From an uncultured Bacteriovoracaceae bacterium (GTDB lineage: Bacteria; Bdellovibrionota; UBA1018), in contig CAZIAL010000004.1 of the NCBI GenBank assembly GCA_964536965.1, positions 6,614 through 70,613 on the forward strand: a stretch of 64,000 bases of DNA, read 5' to 3'. Every line of letters begins with the position of its first letter. Positions within the stretch are counted from its first letter, which is position 1. The notes beneath the pieces are model-generated. The model did not search any database and was not told the DNA's origin. It saw only the letters and a program-made list of their open reading frames with translations. This document shows, piece after piece, positions 8,924 through 18,021 of this stretch. The translations under genes and the position numbers were made by a program.

Positions 8924-10507
8924 TTAGAGCTTCCTCCGCCGGATCCAGACGACGATGCCGAAGATGATCATGAACAGCGGAACGATCACGACGGTGAAGA
9001 GCTGGATGTTCTTGCCTTGAATTGCCGAAAGCTGGATCGAGCCGCCCGGCTCCTCTTTGGCGCGAATCGAGATCATGCTTTCGTCGTCGAGAAGCCAGCT
9101 GACCGAGTTCGCGAAGAAGTCGAGGTTGACGCCGAAGCGGATCCACTGGTTCGTCCCGAGAAGCGATGTTCCGAGCGCGACGATCCGGGTCTTCGCGCCC
9201 TGGTAGGCGGCTGCGGTGTAGAGCGGACCTCGAATATCGGTGCCGGGATTGAACGTGGCGCCGCCCTTGATGATGCCCTGGAAATCCTTCTCGCCCCAGG
9301 CGTTCGGCGTCGTCTGGGTCAGCCAGTGGATTTTTCCGCCCTCGGGCGCGGGCGACGCGATCCGGAAAGCGCGGGTCAGCGGGAAAACGCCGTTCGGTGG
9401 CCGGCCCTGCTCTTTTCCGATCTCCTTGAGGAGCGAGAGCTCCTTCGTGATCGAAACTTCCTTCGAGAACGTCGGAATGACCGGCACCGTGGCTTCGAGA
9501 CGCATCATCTGCGAAACCGGGTCCACGATGATCGCGAGTTCCGATTCGATCCCCCATTCGGAGAGGAGCTTCGTCATCTCGGGAGAGGCGTCGTAGACGG
9601 GCCCTTTCAGGTTCAGATCGAGCGCGAAGAGCGCGCGGCCGCCGTTCTTCAGGTAGTCTCGGATGAGCGCGACTTCTGGCTCGAAGAAGGCCTTCGTCGG
9701 TCCGAGGATCGCGATGAGCGAACAGTCGGCGGCGATCTTGCCTTCGGACACGAGGTTGATCTTCTTGAATTTGTAGTTCTGCTGCTCAAGTGACTGGCGC
9801 GCGAGTTCGTAACCTTCGGCGGAGTTCGAAGCGAAGTCCCGCTCGGCATGTCCATCGATCGCGCAGATCATCGGCGTGGAGTTCCGCGAGAGCCGAATCA
9901 GCGCGTTCGTGACCTTCTCTTCGTCCGGATTCTCGATCTTCGTCTCACGTTCGCCGACGTAGACCTGGAGCGTGCCTTCGGCGCGAATCCCGGCTTGTTT
10001 CGCGCGCGACATTTCCTTCGCGGTGTCGGCGTATTCGATCGTGAGTTTCGACGAAAGCGCGCGCAGGCCATCGAGGAGCGGGCGAAGTTTTTCCCTTTCT
10101 TCGATCTTCGCCCAGTAGACGAGGCGCACCGGCTCTTTCATCTCCTTGAAGACTTTCGCGGTCTGGTCCGAAAGCGTATTCGCCTTCGTGCGGGTCAGGT
10201 CGAGTTTCTGGGGATACTTCACCGAAAGAAAATTCACGACGGTGAGGATGCCGAGGACGAGCACGACGGTGGTCAGGCTCTGGGCGCCATAGGCAAGCGA
10301 CCGGCGCGAAACGGAGTTCCGGTACAGGAAAGCGAGGAGGACGACGCTCAGGACGAAAAGCGCGAGCGCGACATGCCCCGCCCATGCGAGCTGCGGGAAA
10401 GAGTTCCGAACGAGGATGTTCGCGATCCCGAGGATCACCGTCATCAGGGCCGCGATCGGACCGGCGTTGGGATTGAAAAGAGGCGGTTTCGGGTTCTGGG
10501 GATTCAT
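8924..10507 (-). CDS. gldG: GldG-family ABC-transport auxiliary protein
   Basis: 527 aa with N-terminal TMs and one C-terminal TM (FTVVIVPLFMIIFGIVVWI). It follows an ABC-2 permease and ATPase. Confidence 0.8.
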   Translation of the reverse strand: MNPQNPKPPLFNPNAGPIAALMTVILGIANILVRNSFPQLAWAGHVALALFVLSVVLLAFLYRNSVSRRSLAYGAQSLTTVVLVLGILTVVNFLSVKYPQKLDLTRTKANTLSDQTAKVFKEMKEPVRLVYWAKIEEREKLRPLLDGLRALSSKLTIEYADTAKEMSRAKQAGIRAEGTLQVYVGERETKIENPDEEKVTNALIRLSRNSTPMICAIDGHAERDFASNSAEGYELARQSLEQQNYKFKKINLVSEGKIAADCSLIAILGPTKAFFEPEVALIRDYLKNGGRALFALDLNLKGPVYDASPEMTKLLSEWGIESELAIIVDPVSQMMRLEATVPVIPTFSKEVSITKELSLLKEIGKEQGRPPNGVFPLTRAFRIASPAPEGGKIHWLTQTTPNAWGEKDFQGIIKGGATFNPGTDIRGPLYTAAAYQGAKTRIVALGTSLLGTNQWIRFGVNLDFFANSVSWLLDDESMISIRAKEEPGGSIQLSAIQGKNIQLFTVVIVPLFMIIFGIVVWIRRRKL

Positions 10508-10513
10508 TTCAGT

Positions 10514-11299
10514 TTATCTCCAGCGGTAGGAATCGAGGACTCGGTGGGTCAGGAAGAGTCCGAGAAAGATGAATGAGAAGTAATAAACCAGGTCGGCCGA
10601 ATGGAGCATGCCCTGGCTGAAGTTCATGAAGTGGTTGATGAGGGAGACATGCATGAGGACGTCGCTCCAGACCGGGCCGGCCGAGTAGGCCGACCAGCTG
10701 ATCAGCCAGAGCATGAAGTTCACGATGATCGTGACGATGAACGTGACGATCTGGTTCTCGGTCATCGCCGAGAAGACAAGGCCGGTCGCGAGCAAGCAGC
10801 AGGCGAGGAGATAAGTGCCGAGGATCGAAGCGAAGATCGTGCCGATGTCGGGGTTTCCGTAGACCATCAGCACCGCGGGATACACGAGCGTGGTCAGAAG
10901 CATCACGCCGACGAAGAGAGCGGATGAGAGGAACTTGCCGACCACGATGTCGGTCAGACTCACCGGGCTCGTCATGAGGAGCTGGATCGTCTGGTTCTTC
11001 CTCTCCTCGGCGAAAAGACGCATCGTGATCGCGGGAGTCATCAGAAGAAAGAGGACGTTCATGTTTCCGTAGAGGGGGCGAACGACGCCTTCAGAAAGGG
11101 AGAGGGGTTTGCCCATGTTCGAAGCCTGGAAGTTCATCGCCTGCTCGTTAAAGTACCCGAGCATGTTGAAGAACATGTAACCCATGAGGAAAAGAAATAC
11201 GGCGAGGATCACATAGGCGATCGGGGTCGTGAAATAAGTCCGGAAATCGCGCCGCGCGATCGTCCAAATGTTGCGCATGGAAATGGCTTTCGACATCAT
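10514..11299 (-). CDS. ABC-2 type transporter permease (GldF-like)
   Basis: 261 aa, six hydrophobic spans. It overlaps the ATPase stop by 4 nt. Confidence 0.85.
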   Translation of the reverse strand: MMSKAISMRNIWTIARRDFRTYFTTPIAYVILAVFLFLMGYMFFNMLGYFNEQAMNFQASNMGKPLSLSEGVVRPLYGNMNVLFLLMTPAITMRLFAEERKNQTIQLLMTSPVSLTDIVVGKFLSSALFVGVMLLTTLVYPAVLMVYGNPDIGTIFASILGTYLLACCLLATGLVFSAMTENQIVTFIVTIIVNFMLWLISWSAYSAGPVWSDVLMHVSLINHFMNFSQGMLHSADLVYYFSFIFLGLFLTHRVLDSYRWR

Positions 11300-12228
11300 G
11301 CGGTCCTTTCGTCTTCGGTGGTGAGCTGGAGGAAGATCTCTTCGAGGCTGACTTTTTCGGCGCCGAACTCGAGGACGCCCATGCCGGTTTCGACGGCGGC
11401 GCGGGAAACGAGATCTCGGAGTTCGCCCTGGTTCGGCGACAGTTCGACGATCAGCTTCGGTCCGATCGCGGAAACTCCGGTCACCCCCGGAATTCCGCGA
11501 ATGGCCTCCAGGCCGCGCGGATTCGGCTCTTTCACGGTCATCTGGAGGAGCAGCCCCTTTTTCAGCCGCATCGTCAGGCCGTCGATCGTATCTTCGGCGG
11601 CGATCTTTCCGCGGTTGATGACGATGATCCGTCCACAGGTCGCCGTCACTTCCGGCAGAATATGCGAGGACAGGATGATCGTGTGCTCGCCGGCGAGCGA
11701 TTTGATCAGCTCCCGAATCTCGATGATCTGCTTCGGATCCAGGCCGACCGTCGGTTCGTCGAGGATCAGTACCGGTGGATTGTGGACGAGCGCTTGCGCG
11801 AGCCCGACCCGTTGCTTGAAACCTTTCGACAGGTTTCCGATGATTCGTTTCGAGACGGCGCCGAGGTTCGTTTTCTCCATCGCCCAGCCGATTTGCTTTT
11901 TCATCTCCGACTTCGGGACCTGATTCAGTCGCGCGGCGAAGTCGAGATAATCGTAGACCGTCATGTCCGTGTAAATCGGCGGCGTCTCCGGCAGATAGCC
12001 GATCGCGCGTTTCACTTCGATCGGATCGTCGAAGACGTCGAAACCGTTCACGCGCACTTCGCCCTCGGACGCGGGCATGAAGCCGGTGATGATTTTCATC
12101 GTGGTGCTTTTTCCCGCTCCGTTCGGACCGAGAAATCCGACGATTTCTCCCTTCGCGACATCGAAGGTGAGATCGTCGATCGCTTTGCGGGGGCCGTAAT
12201 GTTTGGTGAGTCCTTTTACCTGGATCAT
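11296..12228 (-). CDS. ABC transporter ATP-binding protein (GldA-like)
   Basis: Walker A GPNGAGKST, signature LSKGFKQR and Walker B LILDEPTVGLD. Confidence 0.93.
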   Translation of the reverse strand: MIQVKGLTKHYGPRKAIDDLTFDVAKGEIVGFLGPNGAGKSTTMKIITGFMPASEGEVRVNGFDVFDDPIEVKRAIGYLPETPPIYTDMTVYDYLDFAARLNQVPKSEMKKQIGWAMEKTNLGAVSKRIIGNLSKGFKQRVGLAQALVHNPPVLILDEPTVGLDPKQIIEIRELIKSLAGEHTIILSSHILPEVTATCGRIIVINRGKIAAEDTIDGLTMRLKKGLLLQMTVKEPNPRGLEAIRGIPGVTGVSAIGPKLIVELSPNQGELRDLVSRAAVETGMGVLEFGAEKVSLEEIFLQLTTEDERTA

Positions 12229-12398
12229 CGGCGATTCCTTTGGGGGGTTTAAGATACGAAGGTATCCGAAATCACACCGGAATCAAGCGACGCGCGTCTC
12301 GAACCACCGAAGGGGGAGTTCGGTGGTCCGGATCGCTCGGCTCCTCCTATAACGCGACGCAGGTTGCGGCCCGTCGGGAGCTTCGGATCAGATGGGTT

Positions 12399-12818
12399 AT
12401 GTCGAAAAACCGACGCATGGGCTGGCTGATCGCCGGATGGATTTCAGTGAGTCTCGCGGTCACCGGCGTTTTTCTTCCGATCGTGCCGCAAGTCCCTTTC
12501 GCGGTCCTGGCGGCATTCTGTTTTTCCAGAGGAAGTCCGCGCCTGCATCACTGGATTCTGAACCATAAACATTTCGGCCCGCCGGTGCGGGACTGGGAAC
12601 TCGACCAGGTCATTCGTCCGCGGATGAAAATCACTTCGATTCTCATGATGACCGGGGGCGCGGCGCTTGCTTACTGGAAGTTTCACGAGGACCAGCCCAA
12701 GATCGCCTACGGTATGCCGGCACTCTTCGCGCTGGCGGCCATCTTCGTCGCGACTCGACGCTCGAAATCTCGCGTCCAAGATACGTCTCGGGACGAGTTT
12801 CGTCCGCCGGTCGCTTAA
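12399..12818 (+). CDS. ybaN: YbaN/DUF454 family inner-membrane protein
   Basis: The ATG at 12399 is residue 54 of ORF 12240..12818. Motifs seen: GVFLPIVPQVPFAVLAAFCFSRGSPRLHHWILNHKHFGP. Confidence 0.8.
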   Translation: MSKNRRMGWLIAGWISVSLAVTGVFLPIVPQVPFAVLAAFCFSRGSPRLHHWILNHKHFGPPVRDWELDQVIRPRMKITSILMMTGGAALAYWKFHEDQPKIAYGMPALFALAAIFVATRRSKSRVQDTSRDEFRPPVA

Positions 12819-12866
12819 TCCGTCCTTTTTCGCGCCCGTACCGCGGGTCCTTCGAGACCCTTCGCC

Positions 12867-13931
12867 TCAGCTCTGATCTTTTCCGAATTTTTCGTAGTGA
12901 CTGACCAATGTCTTCAGCCGGTCGATCACCGCGTCCCGGGTCTTCTCGAGCGGAGCGGTCAGTTGCAGGCCGGCGGCGTAATCATGGCCGCCCCCGCCTA
13001 ATTCCATCGCGACGCGGTTGATGATGATCCGGCCCTTCGAACGGATCGAGACCCGGATGTCATTGTCGTCCTCCTCGCGGAAGAGACAGACGACTTCGGC
13101 GTCTTTCAGTAGGAGCAAGAGATTCAGGAAAGACTGCGTATCGTCCGCGGAAGCGAGATGCTTTTTACGCAAATCGAGACCCATTTCGAGCCAGGCGATT
13201 TTTCCGCCGGCGGTGACTTTCGTATTCTGGAGAAGCTGCCCGAGGAGCTGGAGGTGGGAGAGTTCCTTCGACGAGTAGATCGCCTGGTAAACCTCCTCGG
13301 GATTCACGCCTTGTTCGATCATTTCTCCGGCGATCCGGTGCGCGGCCGGCGTCGTGCGCGCGTAACGAAAGCTGTTCGTATCCGTCATGACGGAGACGTA
13401 GAGACCGAGCGCCACGTCGTGATTGATGGTCGCGAGGTCGAGCTGTTCGAACACATGATGCAGCATCTCGCCGATCGAGCTCGACTGGATGTCGGAAAGG
13501 ACGCTCGCATGGGGAGGGTACTGGACGGGCTGGGTGCCCTCGATCTCCGGATGGTGATCGATGAAGACGATTTTCTTCGCGCGCAGGCTGAGCTCGGACC
13601 AGAGTTTTCCGAGTCGGCGGGGATCGTTGGTATCGACGATGATCCAGAGATCGAAGTGATCCCAAATCTCGACCTCGCCCGGTCCGAGGAGAGTATTCTT
13701 CTTGGGATCGAGAAACTGATAGCGCCGCGGGAGAGGATCCGGGTTGTAAACGCGACACGCTTTGCGGCCGCGCTTCAGATAGTGGTAAATCGCGCTTTCC
13801 GCACCGAGTCCATCGCCGTCGGGCAGGGAGTGGGTCGAAATTAACACCCGCTTCGCATCGAAGACCGCCTGCTTAAAGCGTTGGAATTCTTTGGTTTTAG
13901 ATAGTTCGGGCGGTTTCGTTTTGGTTCTCAA
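12867..13931 (-). CDS. nrnA: DHH-family phosphoesterase (NrnA-type oligoribonuclease/pAp phosphatase)
   Basis: Motifs seen: HSLPDGDGLGA, FIDHH and the DHHA1 motif GGGGHDYAAG. Confidence 0.88.
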   Translation of the reverse strand: MRTKTKPPELSKTKEFQRFKQAVFDAKRVLISTHSLPDGDGLGAESAIYHYLKRGRKACRVYNPDPLPRRYQFLDPKKNTLLGPGEVEIWDHFDLWIIVDTNDPRRLGKLWSELSLRAKKIVFIDHHPEIEGTQPVQYPPHASVLSDIQSSSIGEMLHHVFEQLDLATINHDVALGLYVSVMTDTNSFRYARTTPAAHRIAGEMIEQGVNPEEVYQAIYSSKELSHLQLLGQLLQNTKVTAGGKIAWLEMGLDLRKKHLASADDTQSFLNLLLLLKDAEVVCLFREEDDNDIRVSIRSKGRIIINRVAMELGGGGHDYAAGLQLTAPLEKTRDAVIDRLKTLVSHYEKFGKDQS

Positions 13932-13970
13932 GTCGGACTCTCTCTCTTCCGAAAAACTCTATGTCAGGCA

Positions 13971-14390
13971 GTGGCGTTGTTAACCGAGGAAACAGTTGAA
14001 ATGAAATCTACGAAGTCGACCAAGAAGCTCTCTGCTCGCAAGACGCCCGCCGCCGCGAAGACGCTGACGAAACCCTCGGCGAAATCGATCGACCCGCTTT
14101 ATGTGATTTTCGAACAGCATCTATTCAATTTCGCGGATCCCGATTCCGACCGGAAGACTTTCATCGCCCATGTCGTGGCGGACTATATCGCTTATCTTCG
14201 TAAGAATAACATTATCGTCCCCAAATCCCTCGAACAACCGATCGTCGAGGAGCTCGGGACGCAGGTGAACACCATGCTCGTCCGGAAGATCTACGGATGT
14301 TTGACGGTCAACGAGTTCGCCGACCCTTGCGCCGCGCAAGCCCGTGACCTGAAGAAACGCGCGAAAGCGCGCGTCGCGAAGACGGGGTAA
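13971..14390 (+). CDS. hypothetical protein with Lys/Ala-rich basic N-terminus
   Basis: 139-aa ORF with a GTG start. An alternative start is the ATG at 14001 (MKSTKSTKKLSARKTPAAAKTLTKPSAK). No family recognised. Confidence 0.55.
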   Translation: MALLTEETVEMKSTKSTKKLSARKTPAAAKTLTKPSAKSIDPLYVIFEQHLFNFADPDSDRKTFIAHVVADYIAYLRKNNIIVPKSLEQPIVEELGTQVNTMLVRKIYGCLTVNEFADPCAAQARDLKKRAKARVAKTG

Positions 14391-14422
14391 GTAGGCCCGG
14401 GCGTAGCGAGGCCGTAACTACA

Positions 14423-15394
14423 TCAGCGTTTACGCCCGCGCTTCTTCGCCGGTTTCCGCGCAGTCTTCTTTTTGACGGGCTTCTTTTTCTTCCGCCTTCG
14501 CCGCTCCCGGAGGATCTTCTTTCGCGTCTCCGCCACGACGAATCGCATGATCGTGGACGCGATATTCTGCTTGCTCGCTTTTTCGATTCCTTCGAAACCG
14601 GGCGAGGAATTCACTTCGAGGATCGTCGGACCGTTCGGCCCTTCCATCATGTCCACCCCGGCCACCCCGAGTCCGAAGGCCTGGGCCGCTCGAATGGCGA
14701 TTCGGCGATAGGAGGAAGGCAGCGTGACGGGGCTGCCTTCGCCCCCGCGATGGATATTCGACCGGAACTCGCCGACGGGCGCGGTTCGCAGCATCGTCGC
14801 CACGATTTTTCCTCCGACGACGAAGACCCGGTAGTCGCGACCGGCGCTTTCCTTCAGAAACTGCTGAATGAGGACGTCTTCTTCGAGAGTATTCAGCGTT
14901 TCCAGTACGCTCGCGACGGAGACGGGAGAGTGGAGCAGCATCACCCCAACGCCCTGGGTGCCGCGCAGGACTTTCAGAATCACCGGCATTTCTTTGACGG
15001 CCATGAGCGCCGCACGAAGATTGCGGGCACCCCGCGCGAGCACGGTGGTCGGAACACGGACGCGTGACTGCGAAAGAACCTGGAGACTGCGAAGTTTGTC
15101 GCGGCTTTCGGCGATCGCCTTCGAACCGTTCACCACATAGGTATCGAGTGTCTCGAAATGTTTGACGACGGCGAGGCCGTAATCCGTGATCGAGGCGCCG
15201 ATGCGGGGCAGGACTGCGTCGTAATGGTCGAGTTCTTTTCCGTGGACCAAAATACACGGACCGCGAGATTCGACGACGAGTTGGCACTCGAGCGGATCGA
15301 TCACGTCGCATTCGACGCCGAGGCGCTTCGCCTCTTGAAGGAGACGGCGAATGCTGTGAAGATTCTTATTCCGGGACAATATGGCGATGCGCAT
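14423..15394 (-). CDS. rimK: RimK-family alpha-L-glutamate ligase (ATP-grasp) with polybasic C-terminal tail
   Basis: ATG at 15394 gives 323 aa. Sequence seen: MRIAILSRNKNLHSIRRLLQEAKRLG..., SRDKLRSLQVL, RSNIHRGG and EVNSSPG. The tail reads RKKILRERRRRKKKKPVKKKTARKPAKKRGRKR. Confidence 0.88.
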   Translation of the reverse strand: MRIAILSRNKNLHSIRRLLQEAKRLGVECDVIDPLECQLVVESRGPCILVHGKELDHYDAVLPRIGASITDYGLAVVKHFETLDTYVVNGSKAIAESRDKLRSLQVLSQSRVRVPTTVLARGARNLRAALMAVKEMPVILKVLRGTQGVGVMLLHSPVSVASVLETLNTLEEDVLIQQFLKESAGRDYRVFVVGGKIVATMLRTAPVGEFRSNIHRGGEGSPVTLPSSYRRIAIRAAQAFGLGVAGVDMMEGPNGPTILEVNSSPGFEGIEKASKQNIASTIMRFVVAETRKKILRERRRRKKKKPVKKKTARKPAKKRGRKR

Positions 15395-15421
15395 GAGGTG
15401 TTCACTATCATCGAGAAAAAA

Positions 15422-16636
15422 ATGAAGAAAGCAAAGGGCCTTACCCCATTTATGCCCGCCTGGGCCATTTCGATCGCACTCTTCGGCTTCGGCTGTGGCG
15501 GATGTTCGAGCTCCAGCGACAAGTCGGAATTGCCTTTCCAGCGTTCCGTGCAGGAAATGGAGTTCGATCGCTTGTGGGAAGAGGATTTTCCGGGACCGAT
15601 CACGGATCTGGCGCTCGCGCGAAAAAGCGGCGATCTCGTCGTCGCCACGATCCCCGACCCGGATAAGGGCGGAAAACATCTGCTGACGCTGATTTCGAAG
15701 AAGGGAAAGCAGGTCTTCCAGCTGAAGAGTCCTTACCCGGTGAAGGCTCTCGATATCGCCGACGACGGCAGTCGCGTCGTCGTCAGCAACTACGAAGGAA
15801 AGCTCCTTTCCTACGACCGCGCCGGCCAGGTCAGCTGGCAGTCGGAGGGCGGCTGCCGGCCGATCCTCATCAATGTTTCGAAGCGAATCGTCTGTTACCA
15901 CGACGACGATACGAAGCCTTCCTTCGCGTTCGACGTTTATGACTTCGAGGGGAAGCGGATCTCGCGATTCCCGATTAAGCAGGACATCCTCGCGCTGAAG
16001 GTCTCCGGCGATGAAAAGTGGGTTGCCATCGCGCTGGCCGGCGGCCGGCTTCTCGTCTTCAACTCCGTGCTGAAAGTCGAACGCGAGCATCGCGTGAACG
16101 GCGAAGTGCTGGATCTCTCTATTTCAAGCGGGGATGCGCCGACGCTCGCCGCGATTTCGATGGATGTAAAGAAGGGTCAGACCTTGAACATTTTCGAGCC
16201 GACGAAGAAGGCGCCGACGACGATGCGGCTTTCCTACCATGTGGAGCAGGTGGAAACCCTTCCCGCGGGCAAGCTGATCGCCGTTTACGGAAACTCGCCG
16301 CGCGGGCAGTACATCGCGGTCCATTCCGCGTTCGACGCCACTCTCCAGTGGCAACAGCTCGAGCAGCGTTATGCTGATTACTCCCTCGCGATTCGCGTCG
16401 GTGCGGATCGGATTCTCGCCGGATTCGAGTATGTATCTCCGGGGGAAGGCGCGGGTAATGTGCAGACCCGCCGCAGCAAGCTCGTCGTCCTCGATCTCGA
16501 CGGAAAGCTTCGAGCGGACCTGCCGCTGAAGACCGCGGAAGGCGCCTACCTGTACTCGTTCTCCTACTCGCCGGAAAGGTCCCTTCTCGGCGTCGGGACC
16601 GACGATAAGCGCCTCCAGCTGCTCGAGCTGAAATAG
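15422..16636 (+). CDS. lipoprotein with beta-propeller-like repeats
   Basis: ATG at 15422 with a lipobox LFGFGCGGC. Short strand-like blocks recur (VVVSNYEGKLLSYD, WVAIALAGGRLLVFN, LLGVGTDDKRLQLLE). Confidence 0.7.
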   Translation: MKKAKGLTPFMPAWAISIALFGFGCGGCSSSSDKSELPFQRSVQEMEFDRLWEEDFPGPITDLALARKSGDLVVATIPDPDKGGKHLLTLISKKGKQVFQLKSPYPVKALDIADDGSRVVVSNYEGKLLSYDRAGQVSWQSEGGCRPILINVSKRIVCYHDDDTKPSFAFDVYDFEGKRISRFPIKQDILALKVSGDEKWVAIALAGGRLLVFNSVLKVEREHRVNGEVLDLSISSGDAPTLAAISMDVKKGQTLNIFEPTKKAPTTMRLSYHVEQVETLPAGKLIAVYGNSPRGQYIAVHSAFDATLQWQQLEQRYADYSLAIRVGADRILAGFEYVSPGEGAGNVQTRRSKLVVLDLDGKLRADLPLKTAEGAYLYSFSYSPERSLLGVGTDDKRLQLLELK

Positions 16637-16672
16637 ATTCAGGGTCTGCTCGTCCGCGACCGATCGGAAACT

Positions 16673-17854
16673 ATGGGCCTGTGCGGTCGTGACGGAAAAT
16701 TGGCACCCATGTTCGTTCTGCTCGCGGTCCTCATCGCGGGCACGGCGCTGGATGCTCGCGCGGAGGAATTCAAGGTACTCCCGCCCGAGGCCTGCGCGAG
16801 CTTCTTCCGAAAGATCCTGAAAAAGAAGGATGACGACCTCGCGCTCATTCCTTTCGCGGAACGAAGCCTGAACGATATTTACGCCGTGCTGAACGCGCCC
16901 CACGGAAGCGACCGTAAGCTGATCGAGGCCGTGTACGCCGCGGACATTCGCCGCATGGGTTATCGCCTGCGCGCGCTTTCCAGCTCAGTCGAGGCGGTCG
17001 ACAAGGAAATTTTCAAGCTCCTCAACACCGAGTTCAAGGTTTTTGAGAAAATGATCGGTGACTCGGTTTTCGAAATGGAAATGCTGACCGCGATTCGGAC
17101 CGATCCGGCCCTGCGGCCATTCGTGACTCCCGCCATCGAAATGATGTTCTATGGACGACTCGCGGCGACCGAAAATCGAATGATCCAGAATCTGCGCCGG
17201 CTGGGCTGGACCGGAAAGGCGTCGGCGTACCGCCGAGTGATCCGCGCGATCGCGCGGGCGGCGCCGGATGTCCAAAAATCCTTTCTGAAGAAGAACGTGC
17301 TCAATCTTCAAGCCGAGAAACTGAGGCTGATCCACGCGGACTTGAAGACCGGGGCGCTCGATCCGAACGAAATCGAGGACGGGGTCCACGAGCTCCGTCG
17401 GCAAGTGCGCGAGGTGCTTCTCACGTTCACGACCTACCATGGAATGTTCTACCTGGACGATGCGGTCCGCCTGGGTGGATTACCCGAAAAAGGGCGCGGC
17501 CCTCTCAAATGGCTCGTGCCGGAGACGGTCGGCCTGATGAAGAATCCGATCGCTCTGCCGGCGAACGGGTATCTCCAGCTCGTCCACGCCGTGAAAGATC
17601 TGGGCGATCTGAAGGCGGGTGATGGAATTCGCGAGTTCATCGCCAAGGCCCTCGAAGAGATGCCGAGCGAAATGCGGGCGCGCGTCGCGGGCGAAGTCGA
17701 TGCGCTCTCCGCCGCGATCACGAACTCGGGGGAAATCGCGGGTTCGATGGCGCAGACTCGCGCCGAAGCGAGGCGCCAGTTCGAGGAACTCCTCAGTAGC
17801 CGGGTCCTCCTCGAGCTCGCCAATTATCTCGATCAGGTAGCGAAGCGGCTCTGA
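16673..17854 (+). CDS. secreted alpha-helical hypothetical protein
   Basis: 393 aa with a signal-like N-terminus MFVLLAVLIAGTALDARA. No family recognised. A possible CHAD-like HELRRQVRE is only a weak impression. Confidence 0.65.
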   Translation: MGLCGRDGKLAPMFVLLAVLIAGTALDARAEEFKVLPPEACASFFRKILKKKDDDLALIPFAERSLNDIYAVLNAPHGSDRKLIEAVYAADIRRMGYRLRALSSSVEAVDKEIFKLLNTEFKVFEKMIGDSVFEMEMLTAIRTDPALRPFVTPAIEMMFYGRLAATENRMIQNLRRLGWTGKASAYRRVIRAIARAAPDVQKSFLKKNVLNLQAEKLRLIHADLKTGALDPNEIEDGVHELRRQVREVLLTFTTYHGMFYLDDAVRLGGLPEKGRGPLKWLVPETVGLMKNPIALPANGYLQLVHAVKDLGDLKAGDGIREFIAKALEEMPSEMRARVAGEVDALSAAITNSGEIAGSMAQTRAEARRQFEELLSSRVLLELANYLDQVAKRL

Positions 17855-17945
17855 ACCGTTTTCCAAAGCGACACCGCTCGAAGCTGGGTTTCGTCATGAC
17901 TCGGTGCAAGGTCGCGCTCGTCTTGATTTAATCGTGATTTGAGCG

Positions 17946-17961
17946 TGGCACGGTCCCTGCT
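17946..17961 (+). promoter_or_regulatory. sigma-54 (-24/-12) promoter
   Basis: TGGCACGGTCCCTGCT has the GG-N10-GC spacing and matches TGGCACG-N4-TTGCW at every position except the first T of the TTGC element. It lies about 60 nt upstream of the ATG at 18022. Confidence 0.7.
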
Positions 17962-18021
17962 TTGTCGGAGACGTAGTCCGCATTTTCAATGACCCAACGT
18001 CCCCTTGGAGGAGTCCTCTCA

